The position numbers and the translations under genes were made by a program. A stretch of DNA of 42,696 bases from Candidatus Woesearchaeota archaeon. GTDB lineage: Archaea; Nanobdellota; Nanobdellia; Pacearchaeales; GW2011-AR1. Shown here piece by piece: positions 31,343-38,199 of the stretch (positions are counted from its first letter, which is position 1; every line of letters begins with the position of its first letter). The DNA is taken from the NCBI GenBank assembly GCA_964624735.1, contig CAZUXN010000003.1, forward strand, positions 1 through 42,696, in the 5' to 3' direction. Below the pieces are notes generated by a model. That model was not told the origin of the DNA and ran no database searches. It saw nothing but the letters and a program-made list of their open reading frames with translations.

Positions 31343-33271
31343 TCAGAAGTTTGTGTTGATTATTTTTTTAATTTTGTCGACGGAGTCTGGGTTGATTAAT
31401 GTTGATAATCCTTTTGGTTCTTCGTTGATTAGTAATGCTTTTAAAATTCTTCGCATTATTTTTCCACTTCTTGTTTTTGGGAGGTCGGGGATGAAGAAAA
31501 TTTTTTGCGGTCTTGCCGTCGGTCCGATTTTTATATCGACGGATTTTTTGATTTGTTTTTCTATTTGTTCTGATGGTTTTTCTTTTTTTAGGACTACGAA
31601 TGCGATTGGGACTTGACCTTTTATTTTGTCTGGCATTGGAACGACGGCGCAGTCTCCGACGGATTTGTTGTCGTGAATCGCGTTTTCAACTTCTGCTGTT
31701 GAGAGTCTGTGTCCTGCGACTTTCATTACGTCGTCTGTTCGTCCGGTGATTCTAATTAGTTCGTTTTTGGTGTATGCTCCGTCGCTGGTGTCATACATTG
31801 TTTTGAATTTTTTCCAGTAGGTTTCGATATATTTTTTGTGATTGTTGAAAATTCCATGGAGCATTCCGGGGGCGAATGGACTTTGTTGTACCAAGAATCC
31901 TGGTTTCCCTTTTGGGGTAGATTTTCCCTTTTCATTTACTATTATATGTTTTGTTCCCGGGAAGCTTTTGCCTGAGACCGTTGGGACAAATGGGCCGATT
32001 CCTGGGATTGTGTTGATTAGTGTTCCGCCGGTTTCGGTTTGCCACCATGTGTCTATGATTGGGCATCTTCCGTGGCCTATTTTATTAAAGTACCACATCC
32101 ATGATTCTTTATCGATCGGTTCGCCGACGCTGCCGAGGATTTTTAAAGAGGGCATTTTATATTTATTTATCCATTTTTGATTTTCTTTCATGAACATTCG
32201 GATTGCTGTTGGTGCGGTGTAGAATACGTTGACGTTGTAGTCTTGGATTATTTTCCACCAGCGGCTTGGGTTGGGATATGTTGGTCCGCCTTCATAGATT
32301 AATGATGTTGCGCCGACGAGGAGTGGGCCGTACATTGCGTATGTGTGTCCGGTTATCCAGCCTACGTCTGCGGTGCACCACATTATGTCGTTGCGGTGTA
32401 GGTCGAAATTCCATTTGGTTGTCCAGTATGCCTGGGTTGCGTATCCACCTGTGTCGTGGACAATTCCTTTTGGTTTGCCGGTTGTTCCTGATGTGTAGAG
32501 GATAAACATAGTATCTTCTGAGTTTACTATTTCTGGTTTGCAATATGAGTTTGCTTTTTTTATTTCTGTGTTGAAGTCGAGGAATTTTTTGTTTTTTGTT
32601 TTTTTGCCAATTCTGTTGACTACAATGATTTTTTTTACTGTTGTGTTTTGTGCTGCTTGTTTTGCTTTGTCTATCAGGTTTTCTGGTTTGCCTTTTCTGT
32701 AGTATCCGTCGGAGGTGATTAGGATTTTTGCTTTTCCGTCTTTTATTCGTGTTTTTAGGGCATCGGCTGAAAATGCGCTGAAAACGACAGAATGAATTGC
32801 TCCGATTCGTGTGCATGCGAGCATTGCGATTAGGGCTTGTGGGATCATTGGTAAGTAGATTGATACCACGTCGCCTTTTTTGATTTTGTTTTCTCTTAGG
32901 ACATTTGCAAATTTATTGACTTTGTTGTATAGTTCTCTGTATGTTATTTTTATTGGTTTTTCATTTGTTGGTTCAGGGACCCAGATTATTGCTGTTTTGT
33001 TTGGTTGGTCGAGATGCCGGTCGATACAGTTAATACAGAAGTTTAGTTTCCCTCCTTTGAACCATTGGAAGTATGGGAGTTTTTCTTCGTAAGTTTTATT
33101 CCATTCTTTTTCCCATGTTAGCCCTTCTTTTGCGAGTCGTCCCCAGAATTTTATTGGGTCTTTTGCGGCTTCGTCGTAAATTTTAGCGTCGGTGATGTTC
33201 GCTATTTTTTTCATTTCGTTGCTTGGCCAGAAGATACCTTTCTTTTTTGTGATGTATTTTTTTGTTTTCAT
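31343..33271 (-). CDS. acs: acetyl-CoA synthetase (AMP-forming)
   Basis: YTSGTTGKPKG, WWQTETGG and the C-terminal LPKTRSGKIMRR block. 642 aa with no repeat insert. Confidence 0.95.
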   Translation of the reverse strand: MKTKKYITKKKGIFWPSNEMKKIANITDAKIYDEAAKDPIKFWGRLAKEGLTWEKEWNKTYEEKLPYFQWFKGGKLNFCINCIDRHLDQPNKTAIIWVPEPTNEKPIKITYRELYNKVNKFANVLRENKIKKGDVVSIYLPMIPQALIAMLACTRIGAIHSVVFSAFSADALKTRIKDGKAKILITSDGYYRKGKPENLIDKAKQAAQNTTVKKIIVVNRIGKKTKNKKFLDFNTEIKKANSYCKPEIVNSEDTMFILYTSGTTGKPKGIVHDTGGYATQAYWTTKWNFDLHRNDIMWCTADVGWITGHTYAMYGPLLVGATSLIYEGGPTYPNPSRWWKIIQDYNVNVFYTAPTAIRMFMKENQKWINKYKMPSLKILGSVGEPIDKESWMWYFNKIGHGRCPIIDTWWQTETGGTLINTIPGIGPFVPTVSGKSFPGTKHIIVNEKGKSTPKGKPGFLVQQSPFAPGMLHGIFNNHKKYIETYWKKFKTMYDTSDGAYTKNELIRITGRTDDVMKVAGHRLSTAEVENAIHDNKSVGDCAVVPMPDKIKGQVPIAFVVLKKEKPSEQIEKQIKKSVDIKIGPTARPQKIFFIPDLPKTRSGKIMRRILKALLINEEPKGLSTLINPDSVDKIKKIINTNF

Positions 33272-33290
33272 TTTATAAAGAATTTTTCAT

Positions 33291-33893
33291 TTAGTCTTTG
33301 TCTATGAATTTTTGTTTTTCTTTTGTTCCTTTATACCAGAGCATTTTTGTGTAGCCGGTGTTGTCTATCCAGTCGGTATCTATTTCAAGTGTCTTTAATA
33401 TTTCTCTAATTTTTTTTCGTGCTTTGTCGATTTCTTGAGGCTGGCATAGATATTCTATTTCCATAAACCATCCGAGGTGTTTTACATTGTTTAATTCTAT
33501 GGAAGCGATTTTATCTTTTTTGTATTTGTAGGTTTCGTTGTATTTTATTTTTTTGACCCATTCTTTGAATCCGAGGTCTTTGAATAATTCCAGGAGGTCT
33601 TTGACTTGTTCTTTGCCTTTGAGTTTGAATTCGAATTCTTGTTTTATGACGATGTCTTTGGTCCAAAATTTTGTTAGATGTTTTTTGAAGTTGATTTCGA
33701 ATTCATCTTTGGTGGCTCGAATTCTGAATGCCTTTTTTGGATAACATCTTTTTATTTTCCTTCTTATTGCGAAGTAGTCGTCTTTTTTTACGCCTTTCTT
33801 TTCGAACCTTGCAATTTGTTTTATTTTTTCTCTTAAAGAATTAATTTCTTCGTTGGGGATTTTTACTTTTGTTTCTACTTCGAGCCAGACCAT
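33291..33893 (-). CDS. CYTH-domain protein (class IV adenylate cyclase / triphosphate tunnel enzyme family)
   Basis: N-terminal VWLEVETKVKI (ExExK motif), ~200 aa with alternating basic/acidic beta-strand pattern. Confidence 0.7.
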   Translation of the reverse strand: MVWLEVETKVKIPNEEINSLREKIKQIARFEKKGVKKDDYFAIRRKIKRCYPKKAFRIRATKDEFEINFKKHLTKFWTKDIVIKQEFEFKLKGKEQVKDLLELFKDLGFKEWVKKIKYNETYKYKKDKIASIELNNVKHLGWFMEIEYLCQPQEIDKARKKIREILKTLEIDTDWIDNTGYTKMLWYKGTKEKQKFIDKD

Positions 33894-33942
33894 GTTCGCC
33901 TCTGATGTATTAAATTGAGTTTGTTTATAAAAGTTTGCGAGG

Positions 33943-34236
33943 TTAGATTAAGCCTTCTTCGTCGATGCCGGTGTCTTCATTGTCTGTTGTCGAGGGTTGA
34001 GAAGTTGGTTTTTGTGTTTGATTGTTTAAGTCGCTTTGGTTTATTGAGTTTATTATTTTTTTGAATTCGTCGAATTTTTCGGCGCGGATTCGGACGCCGG
34101 CTTTTGTGAATCCGGTGTAGCTTTCTGATTTTACAAATTCTCGGATTGTTAGTCCTTGGTTTCCTCCGAAGTCATCTATTCGTATGACGATGTCTGTTTC
34201 GTTGTTCTTTTTTATTTTGCCGATGTCTTTTTCCAT
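33943..34236 (-). CDS. PC4/YdbC-like ssDNA-binding protein (tentative)
   Basis: ETDIVIRIDDFGGNQGLTIREFVKSESYTGFTKAGVRIRAEKFDEFKKII fits the PC4-type pattern. Acidic/polar tail. Confidence 0.45.
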   Translation of the reverse strand: MEKDIGKIKKNNETDIVIRIDDFGGNQGLTIREFVKSESYTGFTKAGVRIRAEKFDEFKKIINSINQSDLNNQTQKPTSQPSTTDNEDTGIDEEGLI

Positions 34237-34282
34237 TGTTTGTTAAAATGTTTTTTATTTATAAGTATTTGTATAATTAATA

Positions 34283-34363
34283 CGCCCACAGCAGGAATCG
34301 AACCTGCGAGCCCCGAAGGGCCCGGATTAGCAATCCGGTGCAATACCATTATGCGATGTGGGC
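34283..34363 (-). tRNA. tRNA-Ser (GCU), class II
   Basis: The reverse complement GCCCACATCGCATAATGGTATTGCACCGGATTGCTAATCCGGGCCCTTCGGGGCTCGCAGGTTCGATTCCTGCTGTGGGCG has anticodon loop TTGCTAA and a 14-nt variable arm. Confidence 0.88.
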
Positions 34364-34416
34364 ATTAATTTAACAGAATATTTTAAGAATTTAAAGGTTT
34401 GTGTTTAATTTTATTT

Positions 34417-34764
34417 TTAATTATATAAGAGAATACTTGCTACCATATAAATGTGTAAAAGAACCCAGCAAAAGTTTGCTAAAATAATTGGTTTATTTTT
34501 AGTAAAGACTCCTAAGAGAAGCCAGAAAAAAGATATGATTAAATATGAAATCCAGGTTATTAATGAAAATCCTGTTACCAGATGGGTTGTCCATATTCTG
34601 TATACTTGAGGAAGAGTCATAATTGGTCCGATTATTGCAAAAAAATAAACTGTTCTTTTTAGAAATTTTGCAATTCTTTTTTGGACTGTTTTTGGTAAGG
34701 AGTCTTTTAGATAATAGTTTACATATTCATAAAATACTTTTTCTAATTTGTTTTTTATTCTCAT
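34417..34764 (-). CDS. PQ-loop-like small membrane protein
   Basis: 115 aa. IIGPIMTLPQVYRIWTTH plus 3 TM. It is the only gene between the two copies of the tRNA-Ser 5' segment. Confidence 0.55.
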   Translation of the reverse strand: MRIKNKLEKVFYEYVNYYLKDSLPKTVQKRIAKFLKRTVYFFAIIGPIMTLPQVYRIWTTHLVTGFSLITWISYLIISFFWLLLGVFTKNKPIILANFCWVLLHIYMVASILLYN

Positions 34765-34810
34765 CTTGGTATAGTTTATTTTTTATGGTGTTGAATCGGT
34801 GATTTCGCGT

Positions 34811-34831
34811 AATACCATTATGCGATGTGGG
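34811..34831 (-). repeat. 21-bp exact direct copy of tRNA-Ser positions 2-22 (copy of 34342-34362)
   Basis: AATACCATTATGCGATGTGGG occurs at 34342-34362 and at 34811-34831. A TATA-like CTTATAAAG lies 24 nt upstream (minus-strand sense) of the distal copy. Confidence 0.9.
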
Positions 34832-34904
34832 TATAAATTCTTTAGAGCGGAACTCTTATAAAGTATTGCCTTTGGCAATTCATGAATAAATTTTCTTCGA
34901 AAAA

Positions 34905-34912
34905 TTTATAAA
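34905..34912 (+). promoter_or_regulatory. TATA box TTTATAAA for SRP RNA
   Basis: Ends 22 nt before the predicted RNA 5' end at 34934. Confidence 0.55.
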
Positions 34913-34933
34913 GGTTTTGTTAGTTTGTTTTTT

Positions 34934-35189
34934 GTAGGCAGGTCGGCGAGTTAGCCCCTCGCTATTCGCAAACGGGCTTTATGGCGGACTGCAAGGCAAG
35001 GCGTGAGATGAAGCTTTCGATGTTGTCGGTTTGACGTTGAGGTTTTGTCCTTTTTGATCTTGCCTTGATGAAGTGGGTCAGGTCGGGAACGAAGCAGCCC
35101 TAAGTTAAGGTTTGGGTGCTTAAAGGGTCGCAGAGCTGAGAAGAATTGATAACCTCTCGGTTGTGGATTTGAGCAACTTGCTGGCCTAC
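34934..35189 (+). ncRNA. signal recognition particle (7S) RNA
   Basis: Helix-8 signature GGGTCAGGTCGGGAACGAAGCAGCCC at 35075-35100. The 5' GTAGGC pairs with the 3' GCCTAC (35184-35189). The ends are approximate. Confidence 0.75.
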
Positions 35190-35214
35190 TTGAAAATCGG
35201 AGATTTTCAAGTGG

Positions 35215-35249
35215 AGTTGGGTAGTGGGGGTTGGGTTGTAGGGTTGGGT
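35215..35249 (+). repeat. intergenic G-rich 5x 7-nt array AGTTGGG/TAGTGGG/GGTTGGG/TTGTAGG/GTTGGGT
   Basis: Read directly. Five G3+ runs with 2-5-nt spacers give G-quadruplex potential. It ends 4 nt before the pilin-operon TATA box. Confidence 0.85.
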
Positions 35250-35252
35250 AAT

Positions 35253-35260
35253 TTTATAAA
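35253..35260 (+). promoter_or_regulatory. TATA box TTTATAAA
   Basis: Ends 22 nt before ATG 35282. Confidence 0.6.
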
Positions 35261-35281
35261 GTATTGAGTTGTTGAGTTGGT

Positions 35282-35878
35282 ATGGTGATGAGCAAGAGGG
35301 GGCAGTTTTTTTTGTTGGCAGCTGTTGTGATTTCGGTTGTTGTGATTAGCCTCGGGGTGACGACGAATAGGGCAGTTGTAAAAAAAGAGCCGGTGAATTT
35401 TTATGATTTTAGTTATGAGGTTGAGAGAGAGGCAGGGGAAGTTTTGGATTATGAAATTTATAGTGATATCGATGGTGGGAGTTTGGATGAGTTTGTGCAG
35501 TTATTGGCGACGGAAATTCGAGACAGAGACCCCGATGCGAATTTTATGTTTATTTATGGGGATAATACGGAGATGAATTTGAGGAATTATGGGGCGGCTG
35601 AAGCTTTTGCCGGGGGGACTCTGGTTCCTGGGGCGAGCGAGGGTGTTATTAGTACTATTTGTATTGGTGGGTATTGTCAGGATGTGAATGAAGTGATAAG
35701 TGATTTTGATGAGGGGGTTGGGTATATTCAGTTAGATGAATCAGACATGGCGGGGAGTGATGATATTGTGGTGACGGTTGAAGGGCATGATTTTTCGTTT
35801 CCAATTTCGAGGCATCGGCAAGTTATTTTTGTAATACAAAAGGGGGTGGGTGATGAAAGTTTCGTTTCTGTTGGGTAA
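35282..35878 (+). CDS. type IV pilin-like protein (class III signal peptide)
   Basis: MVMSKRGQ/FFLLAAVVISVVVISLGV: a basic stretch, then G-Q and a hydrophobic helix, which is a prepilin-peptidase-type N-terminus. Confidence 0.65.
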   Translation: MVMSKRGQFFLLAAVVISVVVISLGVTTNRAVVKKEPVNFYDFSYEVEREAGEVLDYEIYSDIDGGSLDEFVQLLATEIRDRDPDANFMFIYGDNTEMNLRNYGAAEAFAGGTLVPGASEGVISTICIGGYCQDVNEVISDFDEGVGYIQLDESDMAGSDDIVVTVEGHDFSFPISRHRQVIFVIQKGVGDESFVSVG

Positions 35879-36353
35879 GGACAAGAGCGCGTTGAGTAAT
35901 ATGGTGGGTTATGTTTTGTTGATTTCGATTACGGTTGGGTTGTCTATTTTGGTTTATAATTGGTTGAGATTTTATGTTGGCGAGGGAGATGTCGATAAAT
36001 GTTCTGAAGGGGTTAATATTATTATTAAGAGTTATGAGTGTTATTCGTCGAATGAGTTTGGGTCTGGTAGGTTGGCAGTTACTTTGAAAAATAAAGGAAG
36101 GTTTACAATTGACGGGTATATATTGAGGGTTCATGATAGACCGGGGGTTGATTTTGGGTTTTATGTTTTTGACGAGAATGGGACGACGGTTGTGCCAGGG
36201 GAAGAATATGAAAAAACTTATGAGTTTAGTGATTATAGTTTTGATGGATACAATTTGAGTACTGTGACATTTGTTGAAATTCAGCCGTTCATGAAAGATG
36301 GAGATAAAATAAGTTGCAAATCTTACGCGTCGCAGGATGTTTTGTGTTATTAG
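35853..36353 (+). CDS. archaeal pilin-like protein (divergent Pilin_N-type N-terminus)
   Basis: ..KSALSNMVGYVLLISITVGLSILVYNW.. resembles the archaeal pilin N-terminal helix. It overlaps the upstream gene by ~26 nt. The ORF track starts at GTG 35850. Confidence 0.5.
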   Translation: MKVSFLLGKDKSALSNMVGYVLLISITVGLSILVYNWLRFYVGEGDVDKCSEGVNIIIKSYECYSSNEFGSGRLAVTLKNKGRFTIDGYILRVHDRPGVDFGFYVFDENGTTVVPGEEYEKTYEFSDYSFDGYNLSTVTFVEIQPFMKDGDKISCKSYASQDVLCY

Positions 36354-36378
36354 TAATGGTAGATGTTTGTGGGGTATA

Positions 36379-36386
36379 TTTATAAA
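36379..36386 (+). promoter_or_regulatory. TATA box TTTATAAA
   Basis: Ends 21 nt before ATG 36407. Confidence 0.6.
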
Positions 36387-36406
36387 TTGTAAAGATATGT
36401 AATTGT

Positions 36407-36859
36407 ATGAAAAGGGTGGTTGGTGGCCGTGGGCTTTCGCCGGTGATAGCGAGCGTGTTGATGATTTTGTTGGTTTTGGTTTTGGCGGCTTTGATTTTTT
36501 TGTGGGCGCGTGGTTTTATTAGTGAGCAGATTGAAAAGTTTGGGAAGCCGATTGGAGAGTTGTGTGGGTCGGTTGATTTTGAAGTCCAGAGGATAGGTAG
36601 TGATTTGGAGGTTATTAACCGAGGTGATGTTGATATCCGTCATTTGGATATAAAAATGTTTAGGGGAGGGGATTCGGAAGTTGAGAAATTTAATTTTCAG
36701 ATTGATGCTGGGGAGTCTGTTAGAAAGAGTGCTGTTTTGACAATGAAGAATAATGAGTTGCCCGACGAGATAATTATTTATCCTGCTTTGGTTGGTAATG
36801 TGAAGGGAGGTAGTTCTAACAAGGTATTCACTTGTATGGATGCTGGAAGGACTTTGTAA
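36407..36859 (+). CDS. archaeal type IV pilin (Pilin_N / DUF1628-type)
   Basis: MKRVVGGRGLSPVIASVLMILLVLVLAALIFLW is the canonical RG-[LV]-SPVI pilin N-terminus. Confidence 0.75.
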   Translation: MKRVVGGRGLSPVIASVLMILLVLVLAALIFLWARGFISEQIEKFGKPIGELCGSVDFEVQRIGSDLEVINRGDVDIRHLDIKMFRGGDSEVEKFNFQIDAGESVRKSAVLTMKNNELPDEIIIYPALVGNVKGGSSNKVFTCMDAGRTL

Positions 36860-36870
36860 ATGGTGGTTAT

Positions 36871-36972
36871 GAAAGTAACTTTAGAAAAGTTCCAATCGCA
36901 AAATATTCAAAGAAATTTTGTGAAAGTAACTTTAGAAAAGTTCCAATCGCAAAATATTCAAAGAAATTTTGT
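36871..36972 (+). repeat. perfect 2x 51-bp tandem duplication upstream of the pilin gene at 36987
   Basis: GAAAGTAACTTTAGAAAAGTTCCAATCGCAAAATATTCAAAGAAATTTTGT occurs at 36871-36921 and 36922-36972, followed by a partial GAAAG. Each unit has the inverted repeats AACTTT-AGA-AAAGTT and CAAAAT-N10-ATTTTG. Confidence 0.95.
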
Positions 36973-36986
36973 GAAAGGGGGTCGAT

Positions 36987-37487
36987 ATGAATAAAAATAG
37001 AAAAGGGATTAGTCCAGTTGTGGCGACGGTGTTGATAATTTTGATAACTGTTGCGGCGGTTACAATTATTTGGGCGGCTGTAATTCCGATGGTTAGAGAT
37101 AAACTTGGTTCTAGTATGACTTGTTTGGATGCCGTGTCGCAGATTCAATTGTTAAATGGGGGGTATACTTGTAAAGCGAGTAATGACAATAACGTGTCTA
37201 TTCAGATTAAGCGTTTGTCGAAGCCATTTGATTTGGCAGATATTCAGGTTTTGATTTCTTCTGGCGGAGATACTACTACTTTTAGAATTATGGATGACGC
37301 GACAACACTTATCCCGATTGGTGCTAATATTCCTTTGCCTAGTGTTAACGAGGAGAAAGTTTATATTATAAATACTAGTTCGATTGTGGGGACGATTAAT
37401 ATGGTTCAGATTGCGTCCATCGTCGGCGTTGGTAGTTCTGAGGAAATTTGTGATGTTTCTGCTACTTTGGTTTTGCAGAATTGTTAA
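36987..37487 (+). CDS. archaeal type IV pilin (Pilin_N / DUF1628-type)
   Basis: MNKNRKGISPVVATVLIILITVAAVTIIWAAV. Confidence 0.75.
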   Translation: MNKNRKGISPVVATVLIILITVAAVTIIWAAVIPMVRDKLGSSMTCLDAVSQIQLLNGGYTCKASNDNNVSIQIKRLSKPFDLADIQVLISSGGDTTTFRIMDDATTLIPIGANIPLPSVNEEKVYIINTSSIVGTINMVQIASIVGVGSSEEICDVSATLVLQNC

Positions 37488-37528
37488 AATAAGCGATTTG
37501 CGTCGGGGTAGGATTTAGTTGAGGTAGT

Positions 37529-37536
37529 TTTATAAA
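37529..37536 (+). promoter_or_regulatory. TATA box TTTATAAA
   Basis: Ends 22 nt before ATG 37558. Confidence 0.6.
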
Positions 37537-37557
37537 GTTATAAGTTGTTTTTGTAGG

Positions 37558-38082
37558 ATGAGGCGATTGAATAGGGTTGGGCAGGTTTGGGTTGAGACTG
37601 TAATTTATACTTTGATAGGTTTGGCTGTTATTGGATTGGTTTTGGCGGCTGCCTTGCCGAAGATAAATGAGAAGAAGGACGAGATTATGATTGAGCAATC
37701 GATTGAGGCACTGGGGAATATTGATGATAAGATTTATGAGGTTCAGAGAGCGTCGGGAAATCGGAGAGTTGTTGATTTAGAAGTGAAGAAGGGGATGTTG
37801 ATTGTTGATATGGAAGCGAATACGATTTTTTGGGAACTTGATTCGAGTTTTGAATATAGTGAGAGCGGGATTTCTATTCCGATTGGAAGATTAAATGTGA
37901 CGACGACTCCAGGGAATCCGTGGAAGATTGAGTTGAAATTATCTTATGATATGGATTTAAAATTTGATGGGAGTAATTTTGGGACCAAGAGAATTGATAT
38001 TTCTCCTACGCCGTATAAGTTTATTATCGAGAACATGGGGAAAGAGAGCGGGAATATTGTTATTAATTTGAGGGAATCTTAA
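37558..38082 (+). CDS. type IV pilin-like protein (class III signal peptide, Glu at +5)
   Basis: MRRLNRVG/QVWVETVIYTLIGLAVIGLVLAAAL. The G-Q..E5 arrangement resembles bacterial T4P and archaeal class III signals. Confidence 0.65.
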   Translation: MRRLNRVGQVWVETVIYTLIGLAVIGLVLAAALPKINEKKDEIMIEQSIEALGNIDDKIYEVQRASGNRRVVDLEVKKGMLIVDMEANTIFWELDSSFEYSESGISIPIGRLNVTTTPGNPWKIELKLSYDMDLKFDGSNFGTKRIDISPTPYKFIIENMGKESGNIVINLRES

Positions 38083-38199
38083 CATTAATAAAGTAAACTT
38101 TCTTTTGTTTTTAATGATATCTAAAATGTCTGAGGTGTTTGATTTTAGATTATGCAATGGTTAAGTCCTTGCTCTTCAAAAATTTAAAGATTTTTTCTG

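Noticed and set aside
34417-34764. Reduced G>C skew and A-richness in the tRNA-flanked PQ-loop gene as compositional evidence of foreign origin.
   Set aside because: Other minus-strand membrane genes (for example 1374-2105) show the same A-rich + strand because of hydrophobic codon usage. Composition alone is therefore not diagnostic.
34950-34975. The 11-mer TCGCTATTCGC is shared between the SRP RNA (around 34959) and the intergenic mini-array at 41267-41277.
   Set aside because: By a rough estimate, an exact 11-mer match is expected by chance many times in 42.7 kb compared against itself, and there is no extended similarity.
35850-35878. The 26-29-nt overlap between the first two pilin-like ORFs as a programmed frameshift or fusion.
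   Set aside because: There is no slippery heptamer. The downstream ORF has its own ATG/GTG, and short overlaps are common throughout this window.
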